Source: Alphaproteobacteria bacterium (GTDB taxonomy: Bacteria; Pseudomonadota; Alphaproteobacteria; JAPYRI01). From it: 61,039 nt of DNA. Positions within the stretch are counted from its first letter, which is position 1. The number at the start of each line of letters is the position of its first letter. This document shows positions 41,144 to 53,415 of this stretch, one piece after another. A program made the position numbers and the translations under genes. The notes under the pieces are model-generated. The model ran no database searches. It saw only the letters and a program-made list of their open reading frames with translations, and was not told where the DNA came from. The stretch covers positions 21,093-82,131 of the forward strand of contig JAPYRI010000003.1 of assembly GCA_029941135.1 (NCBI GenBank). The letters run 5' to 3'.

Positions 41144-42493
41144 ATGACACGAAAGTATTTTGGCACCGATGGTATTCGAGGTCAGGCAAATACCGAGCCG
41201 ATGACAGCTGAAATTGTTCTCCGCGTTGGCCGGACGGCAGGCCATTATTTTACCCGCGGGGATCATCGTCACCGGGTGGTGATTGGCAAAGATACCCGAC
41301 TTTCAGGATATATGATTGAGCCTGCATTGACCGCCGGGTTTGTCTCGGCGGGGATGGACGTGGTTCTGGTTGGACCTCTGCCGACGCCTGCGGTCGCCAT
41401 GCTCACCCCTTCTTTGCGGGCTGATTTAGGGGTCATGATTTCGGCCTCCCACAACTCGTTTGAAGACAACGGCATCAAGTTATTCGGGCCCGACGGCTAC
41501 AAACTTTCCGACGACGTTGAGACCGCGATCGAAGAGCGCATGGACAACGGCCACGATAGCGATCCCGTGCCGCCAATGTTGCTTGGCCGGGCGCGCCGGC
41601 TCGATGACGCAGCTGGTAGGTACATCGAGTTCGTCAAAAACACGGTGCCGAGCGGACTTATTTTGGATGGCCTAAGAGTCGTTGTCGATTGCGCAAACGG
41701 CGCGGCATACAAAGTTGCCCCTACTGTTTTGTGGGAACTGGGTGCAGATGTCATTCCCATCGGCGTCAACCCTGACGGGTTCAACATCAATAAGGATTGC
41801 GGTTCGACCGCGACCGGGCGCATGCAAGAAGAAGTGAAAGCGTGCAGCGCCGACGTCGGCATTGCACTGGACGGCGATGCCGACCGGGTCATTATGGCCG
41901 ACGAAACCGGCGAAATATTGGATGGCGATCAACTCATGGCTTGCGTGGCCGAAAATTGGCACAAAAGCGGCCGGTTGCGCGGCGGTGGCATTGTCGCCAC
42001 CGTTATGTCGAATTTGGGCCTCGAGAAGTATCTCGGCACGCTCGGCCTCTCTCTTGCCCGCACCAATGTGGGTGATCGCTACGTGGTTGAGCACATGCGC
42101 AATCACGGCTTCAACATGGGCGGAGAGCAGTCGGGACACATAGTTCTGAGCGACTATAACACCACCGGCGATGGCCTGATCGCGGCCTTGGAGGTGCTCA
42201 GTGTCTTGGCACAAACCAAACGCCGCGCCAGTGAAGTTTGTCGGATTTTCCAGCCCTATCCGCAATTGCTTGAGAACGTGCGTTATAAGAACGGTATGCT
42301 GCCGTTGGACGATTTGGCTGTGAAGTCGGTCATCGAAGAATGCGAAAAAAGACTGGGGGGTGCAGGTCGTTTGGTCATCCGTAAGTCGGGCACCGAGCCG
42401 TTGATCCGGGTCATGGCCGAGGGCGAAGATGCGCTATTGGTGCGCGATGTCGTCAACAAGATCGTTGGCGCCGTGGAGCAAGCGGTGGGGTGA
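41144..42493 (+). CDS. glmM: Phosphoglucosamine mutase
   Basis: [45 protein letters not shown]. Confidence 0.97.
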   Translation: MTRKYFGTDGIRGQANTEPMTAEIVLRVGRTAGHYFTRGDHRHRVVIGKDTRLSGYMIEPALTAGFVSAGMDVVLVGPLPTPAVAMLTPSLRADLGVMISASHNSFEDNGIKLFGPDGYKLSDDVETAIEERMDNGHDSDPVPPMLLGRARRLDDAAGRYIEFVKNTVPSGLILDGLRVVVDCANGAAYKVAPTVLWELGADVIPIGVNPDGFNINKDCGSTATGRMQEEVKACSADVGIALDGDADRVIMADETGEILDGDQLMACVAENWHKSGRLRGGGIVATVMSNLGLEKYLGTLGLSLARTNVGDRYVVEHMRNHGFNMGGEQSGHIVLSDYNTTGDGLIAALEVLSVLAQTKRRASEVCRIFQPYPQLLENVRYKNGMLPLDDLAVKSVIEECEKRLGGAGRLVIRKSGTEPLIRVMAEGEDALLVRDVVNKIVGAVEQAVG

Positions 42494-43305
42494 AGGGCCG
42501 GGTTCTCATTGTCGCCGGTTCTGACAGTTCAGGCGGCGCCGGCATTCAGGCGGATCTAAAAACTGTGACCGCCCTGGGGGCCTATGGCGCGTCGGCGATC
42601 TCGGCGATTACCGTGCAATCGACCATGGGCGTGGACAGCATATTTCCGATACCGGCAAATGTAATTGCGGATCAAATGCTGGCGGTGCTCAACGATATCG
42701 GCGCTGACGTCGTGAAACTTGGCATGCTCGGGAACTCTGAGGCGGTGCACGCGGTCGCCGATGTATTGGACCGTACAGACAACATTCCTGTGGTGATCGA
42801 TCCGGTTATGGTGGCCACCAGTGGCGACAGATTATTCGATCCGTCAGGAACCCATGCTTTGATGACGCGGCTTATCCCACACGCCACGTTGGCCACCCCA
42901 AATGCCGAGGAAGCAGCGGCGCTCGCCAGCATGCCGACGACTACCGCTGACGAAATAAAAGCGGCCGCGCGGACAATATTGGCGGCCGGTGCGAAGGCGG
43001 TCATGGTTACCGGTGGTGACGTTCCCGGCGATATAGTGACCGACTATCTAATAACCGATCAGGAATTCGAAGTCCTCTCCGCTCCCCGGATCGAAAGCAC
43101 CAGTACCCATGGGACTGGGTGCACTTTTGCCAGCGCCGTAGCTGCGGGTCTGGCACAAGGGATATCTTTGCGTCCGGCGATTGAACGGGCTCGGGCGTAC
43201 GTGCGGGCGGCAATTCAGTCGGGGCCTGGCTATGGCAAGGGACAGGGTCCCTTAGATCATAGTCACAGTATTCCGTCATTTGAGCCGAAAGCACTCAATG
43301 ACTGA
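42490..43305 (+). CDS. thiD: Hydroxymethylpyrimidine/phosphomethylpyrimidine kinase
   Basis: [45 protein letters not shown]. Confidence 0.95.
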   Translation: MKGRVLIVAGSDSSGGAGIQADLKTVTALGAYGASAISAITVQSTMGVDSIFPIPANVIADQMLAVLNDIGADVVKLGMLGNSEAVHAVADVLDRTDNIPVVIDPVMVATSGDRLFDPSGTHALMTRLIPHATLATPNAEEAAALASMPTTTADEIKAAARTILAAGAKAVMVTGGDVPGDIVTDYLITDQEFEVLSAPRIESTSTHGTGCTFASAVAAGLAQGISLRPAIERARAYVRAAIQSGPGYGKGQGPLDHSHSIPSFEPKALND

Positions 43306-43664
43306 GGGACGGTTTAATATTGAGATACGGCTTGCCAGCGGCTCAAGCGGTTTACCAAAAACTCGGATTCGCGCGAGAAAGCCCCGATGGGTCCTCTGGT
43401 ATCCAACGTTTTTCACTCGATCTCAGGGAAAGCACGCCTGTGAATGACCGCAAATAATTCCTGAAATAGAAAAAACGAACACTGTACACGTCTTTTTAAT
43501 GTTTAATTTCAAGGGGTTAATGAGATACCTAACATTCGGGGTGACGTTTTAGTTCCACCACCAGACCGTACCGCCAAATCAGTTCATTTAGCAGTGGTAT
43601 TGAGTCCTGAACTATCATTAATTACACTGGCGTTTAATTATTGGCCATTGATCGAGGGGATATC

Positions 43665-44780
43665 ATGATTCAAGGTCCTATATCGGCAGATTCTCATATC
43701 ACCGAGCCGCCGAATTGCTACATCGATTACATTGACCCCAAATATCGGGACGACGCTCCTTATGTGACTGCGGATGATCAAGGCGGCGAACGCTATGTCA
43801 TTCCGGGCATGGAAACGACCATCCCCCTGTCATTGATTGCCGCAGCCGGGATTGAAGCGCAAAAGCTGTCCCCGGTAGGGACTAAGTTTTCGGAGCTCCA
43901 CCGTGGCGGTTGGGACGGCACTGTGCGCGCGGCTGATCAGGACAGAGACGGTGTTGGCGCTGAAATCATCTATGCAAGTGTCGGCATGGCCCTGTGCAGT
44001 CACCCCGATTGGAATTACAAACACGCCTGCTTTGAAGCTTACAATCGCTGGTTGGCTGAATTTTGTGCCGATGCCCCAAGCCGCGTTTTTGGGTTGGCGC
44101 AAACCGCGATCATTTCAGTTGAGCAGTCGATCAAAGATTTTGAGAAAGCCAAGGAGATGGGTTTTGTCGGCATAATGATGCCGGGCGATCCCCAGCACGA
44201 GGATTACGACCATCCCATGTACGACCCCTTGTGGGAATGCGCGGCGGACCTCAATCTGCCTTTATCGTTCCACATTCTTACGTCTAAACGTGGTGAGCTC
44301 CAAACCGTCTTGGCTGCAACCCGCGGCAATAAGTTGAACGGATTTTTGAACATTATCCGCAGTTGCCAGGACATCATTGGGCTGTTCACCCTGGGCGGCG
44401 TGTTTGAGCGCCATCCGAATCTCAAGATGGTGTGTGCTGAAGCCGATGCGGGCTGGGTCCCGCACTACATGTACCGCTCAGACCACTTCTTTGAACGCCA
44501 TGGTTATTGGATGGAAGCGCGCCAAATTTCACGTTTGCCCAGTGAGTACATCCGCGAAAATATTTGGTTCACCTTTCAAGACGACGCCATCGCCTTCCAA
44601 TCCTTGGAAATGATGAATCCCAAACGCTTATGCTGGGCGAGCGACTTCCCGCACAGTGATTCCACGTGGCCTGATTCGCAAGCCGTGCTCGAAAAGCACA
44701 CCAAACACTTGACGGCCGAGCAACGGGATTGGGTGACACGCACAAACGTCGCCGAGCTTTACAACCTGCCGACAGCTTAA
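43665..44780 (+). CDS. Amidohydrolase-2 family protein, paralogue 1
   Basis: ISADSHITEP, SFHILT, EADAGWVP, WASDFPHSDSTWP; ATG at 43665 after GAGGGG. Confidence 0.88.
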   Translation: MIQGPISADSHITEPPNCYIDYIDPKYRDDAPYVTADDQGGERYVIPGMETTIPLSLIAAAGIEAQKLSPVGTKFSELHRGGWDGTVRAADQDRDGVGAEIIYASVGMALCSHPDWNYKHACFEAYNRWLAEFCADAPSRVFGLAQTAIISVEQSIKDFEKAKEMGFVGIMMPGDPQHEDYDHPMYDPLWECAADLNLPLSFHILTSKRGELQTVLAATRGNKLNGFLNIIRSCQDIIGLFTLGGVFERHPNLKMVCAEADAGWVPHYMYRSDHFFERHGYWMEARQISRLPSEYIRENIWFTFQDDAIAFQSLEMMNPKRLCWASDFPHSDSTWPDSQAVLEKHTKHLTAEQRDWVTRTNVAELYNLPTA

Positions 44781-44790
44781 AGGCCAGTAT

Positions 44791-45897
44791 ATGTTTTATG
44801 ACCGCGCCATTTCGGCAGACTCGCATATCACCGAGCCGCCAAATTGCTACATAGATTACATCGATCCCAAGTTCCGGGACCGGGCACCGACAATTGTGAA
44901 TGATCCCAAATATGGCGATGTCTATGTGATTGAAGGACTGGCTCGGCCGGTCCCCATGGGTTTGATCGCGGCGGCGGGCAAAGATCCAAAAACCTTACGG
45001 GTCAGCGGGGCCAAGTATGAAGAACTGCACCGCAGTGGCTGGGACCCAAAGTGCCGGATCGCCGACCAGGATCGGGACGGGGTGGTGGCCGAAGTCATTT
45101 ATCCAACTGTCGGTATGATGATTTGCAATCATCCGGACTATGCCTTCAAGCGCGCTTGTTTTCAGGCCTACAATCGCTGGCTCGCTGAATATTGTGACGA
45201 GGACACCAAGCGGCTAATTGGACTTGGCCAGTGCGCCATGTCGTCGGTTGAAGAGACGCTTCAAGACTTGCGCGACATTAAAGCACTCGGATTTGCTGGG
45301 GCCATGCTCGCAGGAAACCCGGCAGAAGAAGATTTTGACCACCCCATGTACGATCCCGTGTGGGAGCTCGCGCTGGAGCTGAATTTGGTTCTGTCGTTTC
45401 ACATTTTGACATCGAAATCCGATGATTTGACGACCCAACGGGGGCCAAAAATCAACAGCTTCCAGGCCATCATCCGCGGCTGTCAGGACATTATGGGCAC
45501 CTTTATATTCGGTGGCGTGTTTGACCGTTTCCCGGATTTGAAGATCGTGTGTGTGGAAGCGGATGCCGGCTGGGTGCCGCATTATATGTATCGTATGGAC
45601 CATGCCTATGATCGACATCGGTATTGGATGAAAGCGCCAAAACTGGAACAAATGCCGAGCGATTATTTTCGCGAAAACATTTATCTGACTTTCCAAGATG
45701 ACTGGGTGGCCTTTGCGACTAAAGATTTGATGAATGTGAAGCGGCTGATGTGGGCTAACGATTTTCCCCACAGCGATTCAACTTGGCCAAATTCCCAAGA
45801 AATGCTGGCCGAGCACACCAAAAACCTGACCAAGCAGGAAATTGATTGGGTTCTACGCGAAAATGTGGCGGACCTATATAATTTGAATTTTGACTAG
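44791..45897 (+). CDS. Amidohydrolase-2 family protein, paralogue 2
   Basis: ISADSHITEP, SFHILT, EADAGWVP, WANDFPHSDSTWP. Confidence 0.88.
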   Translation: MFYDRAISADSHITEPPNCYIDYIDPKFRDRAPTIVNDPKYGDVYVIEGLARPVPMGLIAAAGKDPKTLRVSGAKYEELHRSGWDPKCRIADQDRDGVVAEVIYPTVGMMICNHPDYAFKRACFQAYNRWLAEYCDEDTKRLIGLGQCAMSSVEETLQDLRDIKALGFAGAMLAGNPAEEDFDHPMYDPVWELALELNLVLSFHILTSKSDDLTTQRGPKINSFQAIIRGCQDIMGTFIFGGVFDRFPDLKIVCVEADAGWVPHYMYRMDHAYDRHRYWMKAPKLEQMPSDYFRENIYLTFQDDWVAFATKDLMNVKRLMWANDFPHSDSTWPNSQEMLAEHTKNLTKQEIDWVLRENVADLYNLNFD

Positions 45898-45945
45898 CGC
45901 GTGGCAGTTGCCGGGGTGCCCGGCAAGCCTCAGGAGGGCTTACAT

Positions 45946-47667
45946 ATGAACTACGATCTGAAAATTACCGGCGGGACAATCATCGATGGAACCGGCGCAG
46001 ACCGTTACCAAGGTGATGTCGGCATTAAGGATGGGGTAGTTGTTGCCCTGGGCACTGTTTCCGGTACTGCGACAAAAGAAATAGATGCGACCGGTAAGAT
46101 CGTGTCGCCCGGTTTTGTCGATGCACACACCCACTACGACGCTCAAATTTTGTGGGATCGCATGATGACGATCTCGCCCTGGCATGGGGTCACGACCATC
46201 GTCATGGGCAACTGCGGATTTGGCGTCGCGCCGACCCGGCCTAAGGATCGTGGAACCATTATGCGCACGCTCGAAAAGGTTGAGGGCATGAGCATGGACG
46301 CACTTGAAGAAGGTCTAGGCTATGACTGGCCGTTTGAAACCTTCCCCGAGTATATGGATGCGGTGGAGAAACAAGGATCGGCCATCAACGTTAGCGTCTT
46401 TTTGGGCCATACACCCTTGCGACTCTACGTCATGGGCGAAGATTCGACCGAACGTGAAGCCACCCCGGAAGAGATCGAGAAAATGCGGGAGATCATTGCC
46501 GAGGGCCTTGACGCAGGGGCAATCGGCTTCGCGACGTCCAAATCACCAACCCATGTGGGCGCCAAGGGAAAACCGGTCCCCAGCCGGGTGGCTAGTTTTG
46601 AAGATGAAATTATGCCGTTGGTGCGCGTCTTGGGTGAAAAAGAAATGGGTCTCATTCAAGTGACCATTGGGGCGGATGTGGTTCAAGAACAGTTCGCCCA
46701 AATGGCCCGGGAAACTGGTCGGAACGTGACTTGGACCGCCTTGCTAACCGGTCTTTCCCTGGGCGGCGACAACCACAAAGTGCAAATCGAAAAAGCCCAC
46801 AAGATTAGAGCGGAAGGCCTCAACGTCTATCCGCAAGTCACGCCAAGGGCGCTCAACTTCGAGATGCACATGGGCGCGCCGTTTCTTTATGAGAGCATGT
46901 CGCTGTTCCAATCCGTGTCTCAGGCAGATCATGAAGGTAAAAAAGAAATTTATCGCGACTCTGAGTTCCGCGAAAAGTTCAAACAAAGACTGATGCCGGG
47001 AAGCCGCTTCCTGGTTGCCGGCGGTTGGCACAAGACGGTTATTTCCTACTACCCGCCGGATCCCAGTCTTGAAGAGCGCACTCTGGTCGAAGTTGCGGCG
47101 GAGCGTGATACTGATCCTCTCGATCTGATGCTCGACCTCTCGCTCGACACTGATCTCAAAGCGCGATTCCGCACCCCTGTGGCCAACCACGACGAAGACG
47201 AGGTTGAACCCCTAATGTCGGATGAATGCACTGTGCTCGGCCTGTCCGACGCGGGTGCGCACGCGAGCCAATTGTGCGATGCCTGTTATGCGACCTATCT
47301 ATTGGGCCATTGGGTACGGGAAAAGGGTGCGATCACGCTTGAGTACGCGGTCAAACGGCTGACGTCGCAAGCCGCAGATGTATTCGGTATTACGGATCGT
47401 GGCCGGCTTGCGATCGGCGTGCCGGCGGATGTGGTTGTTTTTGATGCAGATACCGTCGGCGCCGGGGGCCTTGAACGGGTCCACGACCTTCCCGGCGGTG
47501 TGGATCGCCTTATATCCCAGGCGTCCGGTATTGAAGCCGTTATCGTAAACGGCACACTTTTACGCCAAAACAATCAAGATTTGCTGAGTGCAAACGATAC
47601 TCTTCCGGGTAAATTGTTGCGCGGTGGACGAGCGGCATCGAGCCTCGAGCAAGCTGCTGCAGAGTAG
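45946..47667 (+). CDS. N-acyl-D-amino-acid deacylase-like amidohydrolase
   Basis: PGFVDAHTHYD, MGNCGFG, LSDAGAH, GADVVVFD-type C-terminal strand; ATG at 45946 after AGGAGG. Confidence 0.88.
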   Translation: MNYDLKITGGTIIDGTGADRYQGDVGIKDGVVVALGTVSGTATKEIDATGKIVSPGFVDAHTHYDAQILWDRMMTISPWHGVTTIVMGNCGFGVAPTRPKDRGTIMRTLEKVEGMSMDALEEGLGYDWPFETFPEYMDAVEKQGSAINVSVFLGHTPLRLYVMGEDSTEREATPEEIEKMREIIAEGLDAGAIGFATSKSPTHVGAKGKPVPSRVASFEDEIMPLVRVLGEKEMGLIQVTIGADVVQEQFAQMARETGRNVTWTALLTGLSLGGDNHKVQIEKAHKIRAEGLNVYPQVTPRALNFEMHMGAPFLYESMSLFQSVSQADHEGKKEIYRDSEFREKFKQRLMPGSRFLVAGGWHKTVISYYPPDPSLEERTLVEVAAERDTDPLDLMLDLSLDTDLKARFRTPVANHDEDEVEPLMSDECTVLGLSDAGAHASQLCDACYATYLLGHWVREKGAITLEYAVKRLTSQAADVFGITDRGRLAIGVPADVVVFDADTVGAGGLERVHDLPGGVDRLISQASGIEAVIVNGTLLRQNNQDLLSANDTLPGKLLRGGRAASSLEQAAAE

Positions 47668-47686
47668 TCATTACGCAAAATTGAGG

Positions 47687-47719
47687 GCGTGGATCGGAAT
47701 TCTGATCCACGCTCTTTTT
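47687..47719 (+). terminator. Intrinsic terminator closing the amidohydrolase operon
   Basis: GCGTGGATC / GATCCACGC perfect stem followed by TCTTTTT. Confidence 0.8.
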
Positions 47720-47853
47720 CTGCCCACAGTTGATCCATAAACGAACACAAATAGCACCAATCAATTTCATTTCATTTCGCTGAACTGTGCTCTAATATCC
47801 GCGGCGATTTTGCCGTTTTCCCAACGATATTGGTCACCGTGAAAGGACGCCCC

Positions 47854-49038
47854 ATGTCGACCGCTATCAGTGCCGAAACCACTCAAATGCCCTTGGTGCG
47901 GCCTGCAAGTCCAAATTTTTCCTCAGGCCCGTGCGCGAAGCGCCCTGGTTGGACGACCGACGTTTTAAGTGATGCCCTCGTTGGGCGCTCTCATCGCTCG
48001 AAACCGGGCAAAACTAAGTTGGCGGCGGCAATTGATCTCACGCGCGAAGTTTTAGGCGTTCCTGAAGATTATCGCATCGGTATCGTCCCGGCGTCGGACA
48101 CGGGTGCGTTCGAAATGGCCATGTGGTCACTATTGGGTGCGCGCGGTATTGATGTGTTTGCGTGGGAGAGTTTTGGCAAGGGTTGGGTCACAGACATCCA
48201 AAGGCAATTGAAACTCGATGACTTGCGGGTTATGGAGGCCGAATATGGCGCGCTTCCGGATCTCACCGTCGCCGATCCGTCTCGCGATGCTGTCTTCACC
48301 TGGAATGGCACAACCTCGGGGGCGCGCGTTCCCAACGGTGATTGGATTGCGGCGGATCGAGAAGGCCTTACCTTGTGCGACGCGACTTCAGCGGTGTTTG
48401 CCATGGAATTGCCGTGGGACAAGCTTGATGCGGTGACTTACTCGTGGCAGAAAGTATTGGGAGGAGAAGCCGCCCACGGCGTGATTATCCTCAGCCCGCG
48501 TGCTGTCGAGCGGCTCGAGAGTTATGCGCCCCCTTGGCCGACGCCCAAAATATTTCGGCTGACCAAGGGCGGTAAGCTGATCAGCGGCATATTCAAGGGC
48601 GAAACCATCAACACGCCATCCATGATTTGCGTTGAAGATTATTTGGACGCGCTGAATTGGGCGAAAGGTGAAGGCGGACTGGCGGGATTAATAACGCGGT
48701 CTGAGCGTAACTTAGCCGCGATCGAGGTCTGGGAAGCTACCAGCAATTGGGCCGCGTTTCTGACCGAAGATCCAGCGATCCGGTCAAGTACATCCGTGTG
48801 CCTCAAGATCATCGATCCTTGGTTCGTGGGTCTCAGCGCCGATGAGCAAGCGGCGACGGCGAAGAAAATGGCGTCGATATTGGACACTGAAGGCGTTGCC
48901 TTTGACATCGGCGCTTACCGAGACGCACCGCCGGGACTTCGTTTGTGGGCCGGGGCGACGGTCGAGACATCGGATTTGGAAGCCTTGTTCCCATGGCTCG
49001 ATTGGGCTTTTGGCGAAGTTAAGGCGAGTGGCGGCTAG
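47854..49038 (+). CDS. serC: Phosphoserine aminotransferase (Methanosarcina/alphaproteobacterial type)
   Basis: [59 protein letters not shown]. Confidence 0.95.
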   Translation: MSTAISAETTQMPLVRPASPNFSSGPCAKRPGWTTDVLSDALVGRSHRSKPGKTKLAAAIDLTREVLGVPEDYRIGIVPASDTGAFEMAMWSLLGARGIDVFAWESFGKGWVTDIQRQLKLDDLRVMEAEYGALPDLTVADPSRDAVFTWNGTTSGARVPNGDWIAADREGLTLCDATSAVFAMELPWDKLDAVTYSWQKVLGGEAAHGVIILSPRAVERLESYAPPWPTPKIFRLTKGGKLISGIFKGETINTPSMICVEDYLDALNWAKGEGGLAGLITRSERNLAAIEVWEATSNWAAFLTEDPAIRSSTSVCLKIIDPWFVGLSADEQAATAKKMASILDTEGVAFDIGAYRDAPPGLRLWAGATVETSDLEALFPWLDWAFGEVKASGG

Positions 49039-49058
49039 AACGGGGCACACAAACGAAC

Positions 49059-50636
49059 ATGGTCAAAGTACTGATATCTGACAAAATGAGCCCGCGCGCC
49101 GCCGAGGTGTTTCGCGCGCGCGGCATCGATGTGGACGAAAAGCCCGGCATGTCGGCGGACGAACTCATCGCCTGCATTGGTGACTACGAAGGTCTTGCCA
49201 TCCGGTCGGCAACTAAGGTCGTCGCCGAAGTGATTGCGGCTGCGGACAATCTAAAAGTCATCGGCCGTGCTGGCATTGGCGTCGATAACGTCGATATTCC
49301 AGCCGCAACGGCGCGCGGAATTGCGGTCATGAATACCCCTTTCGGCAACTCGATCACCACCGCTGAGCATGCGATTGCCATGATGATGGCGCTCGCCCGG
49401 GACATCCCCACCGCCGACCGTTCCACCCAGAATGGCAAGTGGGAGAAGTCGCGTTTTATGGGTGTCGAAATCACCGGCAAAACCCTCGGAGTCATCGGCT
49501 GCGGCAACATTGGCTCCATTGCCGCCGACAGGGCCCTTGGACTGCGTATGAAGGTGGTTGCTTTTGATCCTTATTTGTCGCCCGAGCGCGCTATCGATTT
49601 GGGCGTTGAAAAGGTTGAACTGGACGACCTGTTTGCGCGCGCGGACTTCATCACCTTGCATACGCCGTTGACCGATTCGACGCGTGACATCATTGACGCC
49701 GCCGCAATCAAGAAGATGCGTAAGGGCGTTCGGATCATCAATTGCGCCCGCGGCGGTCTGGTGAACGAAGCCGCTGCGAAAGCGGCCCTCCAAAGCGGAC
49801 ACATCGGGGGACTGGCGCTTGACGTATTTGCGGAAGAACCCGCGAAGGAAAACGATTTGTTTGGCGTGGATAATCTGGTCGCGACACCGCATTTGGGGGC
49901 ATCGACAACAGAAGCGCAAGAGAACGTGGCCCTGCAGGTTGCTGAGCAAATGGCCGACTTTCTCATCGACGGCGCGGTGACCAACGCGCTCAATATGGCA
50001 TCGGTATCGGCTGATGACGCGCCCAAGTTGCGCCCTTACATGCAGTTGGCAGAGCAGTTGGGCAGTTTTGCCGGACAAATTACTGAAACCGGATTAAAAA
50101 GCGCGACCATTGAATACGAGGGTCATGTCGCCGGCCTAAACACCCGTCCGCTCACCGCGATGGTAGTCCAGGGCTTGCTCGCGCCGCTTCTCGATCAGGT
50201 CAATATGGTCAACGCGCTTGTCATTGCCAAAGAACGCAATATTGAGATCACTGAAGTTATCCGCGACCGGGTGGGGAACTATAACACCTTAATTCGGTTA
50301 AAAATTATCACCGAAAAGGGGCCTCGCGATGTGGCCGGCACTTTATTTGCGGATGAGAAACCACGCATCGTTGACGTGAATGGTATCCATGTAGAGGCCG
50401 AGTTAACCCCAAAAATGTTGTTCGTGATCAACGACGATAAACCCGGTTTTGTCGGCTCACTGGGTGCTTTATTGGGGTCAGCCAATATCAATATAGCGAC
50501 ATTCCATCTGGGGCGTGCGGAAAAAGGCGAACTAGCCCTGGCTTTAGTGTCAGTTGACCAAGAGATTTCCGACGACCTACTGAACGACATGACCGCATTA
50601 CCGCAGATCATGCAGGTGAAGGTTCTGAATTTTTAA
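49059..50636 (+). CDS. serA: D-3-phosphoglycerate dehydrogenase (long form with ACT domain)
   Basis: GRAGIGVDNVD, NTPFGNSITTAEH, GCGNIG, INCARGGL, TPHLGAST, DKPG.VG.LG. Confidence 0.97.
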   Translation: MVKVLISDKMSPRAAEVFRARGIDVDEKPGMSADELIACIGDYEGLAIRSATKVVAEVIAAADNLKVIGRAGIGVDNVDIPAATARGIAVMNTPFGNSITTAEHAIAMMMALARDIPTADRSTQNGKWEKSRFMGVEITGKTLGVIGCGNIGSIAADRALGLRMKVVAFDPYLSPERAIDLGVEKVELDDLFARADFITLHTPLTDSTRDIIDAAAIKKMRKGVRIINCARGGLVNEAAAKAALQSGHIGGLALDVFAEEPAKENDLFGVDNLVATPHLGASTTEAQENVALQVAEQMADFLIDGAVTNALNMASVSADDAPKLRPYMQLAEQLGSFAGQITETGLKSATIEYEGHVAGLNTRPLTAMVVQGLLAPLLDQVNMVNALVIAKERNIEITEVIRDRVGNYNTLIRLKIITEKGPRDVAGTLFADEKPRIVDVNGIHVEAELTPKMLFVINDDKPGFVGSLGALLGSANINIATFHLGRAEKGELALALVSVDQEISDDLLNDMTALPQIMQVKVLNF

Positions 50637-50728
50637 TTTAACCGCCCGACCGCCGCCGGAAACTCTTTACCGTGCACCTTCCGATCCTATGGCGGCCATC
50701 GGGTCAAGTCATGTAGAGTGACGCTCCC

Positions 50729-51898
50729 ATGAACGAATATTCACAGCGCGCCCTTTTGCCTGAGGGACTTCATGATGAAATTATGCCCACGGCGGAAGCC
50801 GAGGCCAGGATCGTCCATGCCTTGACGGCGTGTTTTGCGTCGCATGGGTATGATTTAGTGGCCCCGCCGTTGATCGAGTTTGAGGAAAGCTTGTTGTCGG
50901 GACCGGGGGCGGTGCGCGGCGCGCACATGTTCAGGTTAATGGATCCGCAAGGACAAGCAACGCTCGCGCTGCGCTCGGACATCACGCCACAAATCGCGCG
51001 GATCGCCGCCACCCGGCTTGCCAGGGCCGAGCGCCCCTTGAGGCTCGCCTATTCCGGTCAGGTCCTCCGCGTGCGCGGCAACCAACTGCACCCTGAACGG
51101 CAATTTACACAAACCGGTGCCGAATTGGTTGGGGTCGATACAACAGCGGCGAACGTCGAAGTTATTCTGCTAGCGGTCGAAGCCCTAAATGCCTTGGGTG
51201 TCGAAGGCCTGTCGGTCGATCTTATTCAGCCTACGTTAGTGCCGGCAATTTGCGATGCATTTGGCCTGGATGCCGACACGGCGCTCAAGGTCCGCACCGC
51301 CCTGGACGCCAAAGATGTGGGCGCCTTGTCGGGCTTGGGCGGCGATGCCGAGCATGTACTCGCACGCCTGCTCGCGGCGGCGGGGCCCGCTGATGCTGCG
51401 TTCAATGTTTTAAAAAGTCTCAATTTGCCCGCGTCGGCGGCGCAAAAATGCGCAGATTTGTGGGACGTATGCGCGCAAATCACGGCCGCAGTGCCGGATC
51501 TTAAAGTGACCGTCGATCCGGGTGAGTTTCGCGGCTTCCGCTACCACACCGGCGTTTGTTTCAGTTTCTTTGCCGCCCACGGGCATCGGGAATTGGGCCG
51601 CGGCGGCCGCTATCTGATTGATTCTGCGGGTAATGGATCGGGGGGTGAAAGCGCCACCGGCTTTACCATCGCCACTGATAGCCTGCTTCGGGTTTTGCCT
51701 GATCTGACGCCACCCCGCCGGCTTTTTATGCCTTTCGACGCCGCCGCCGACGCCGGGGCAAAATTAAGATCTGAAGGCTGGCAAACCGTCGCCGGTCTGG
51801 AGCCGGTGGCAGACGACTTTGCAGAAGCGGAACGGCTTGGTTGCGATCACGTGCTGCGCGATTCGGAAGTAGTCTCGTGTGGGGGCCGGAAAAATTAA
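50729..51898 (+). CDS. hisZ: ATP phosphoribosyltransferase regulatory subunit
   Basis: LLPEGLHD, LRSDITPQIARIA, RQFTQTGAEL, YHTGVCF, GRGGRY, ATGF; followed by purA as usual. Confidence 0.9.
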   Translation: MNEYSQRALLPEGLHDEIMPTAEAEARIVHALTACFASHGYDLVAPPLIEFEESLLSGPGAVRGAHMFRLMDPQGQATLALRSDITPQIARIAATRLARAERPLRLAYSGQVLRVRGNQLHPERQFTQTGAELVGVDTTAANVEVILLAVEALNALGVEGLSVDLIQPTLVPAICDAFGLDADTALKVRTALDAKDVGALSGLGGDAEHVLARLLAAAGPADAAFNVLKSLNLPASAAQKCADLWDVCAQITAAVPDLKVTVDPGEFRGFRYHTGVCFSFFAAHGHRELGRGGRYLIDSAGNGSGGESATGFTIATDSLLRVLPDLTPPRRLFMPFDAAADAGAKLRSEGWQTVAGLEPVADDFAEAERLGCDHVLRDSEVVSCGGRKN

Positions 51899-53209
<1,311 letters not shown>

Positions 53210-53415
53210 GTTAAGGTCTTATGCTGAAACACTGATCCTCCGTTTGCTATTATCGGATAGATTGTAGGCACGCTTCTTAAAATCCAAAAAAATTGGGTGG
53301 CATGCCAGACTTACTGGATCAAATCTCTACGGCCGAAGTAGCCGAATCGCCCACTGCTGCCAGTCAATCCGCGAATTCTCGGCGATCCAGAGAGGCGGCC
53401 AAGGTGCCTAATTAA

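Noticed and set aside
53210-53415. ncRNA or terminator between convergent purA and rpoH
   Set aside because: No convincing stem with U-tract and no recognisable RNA family.
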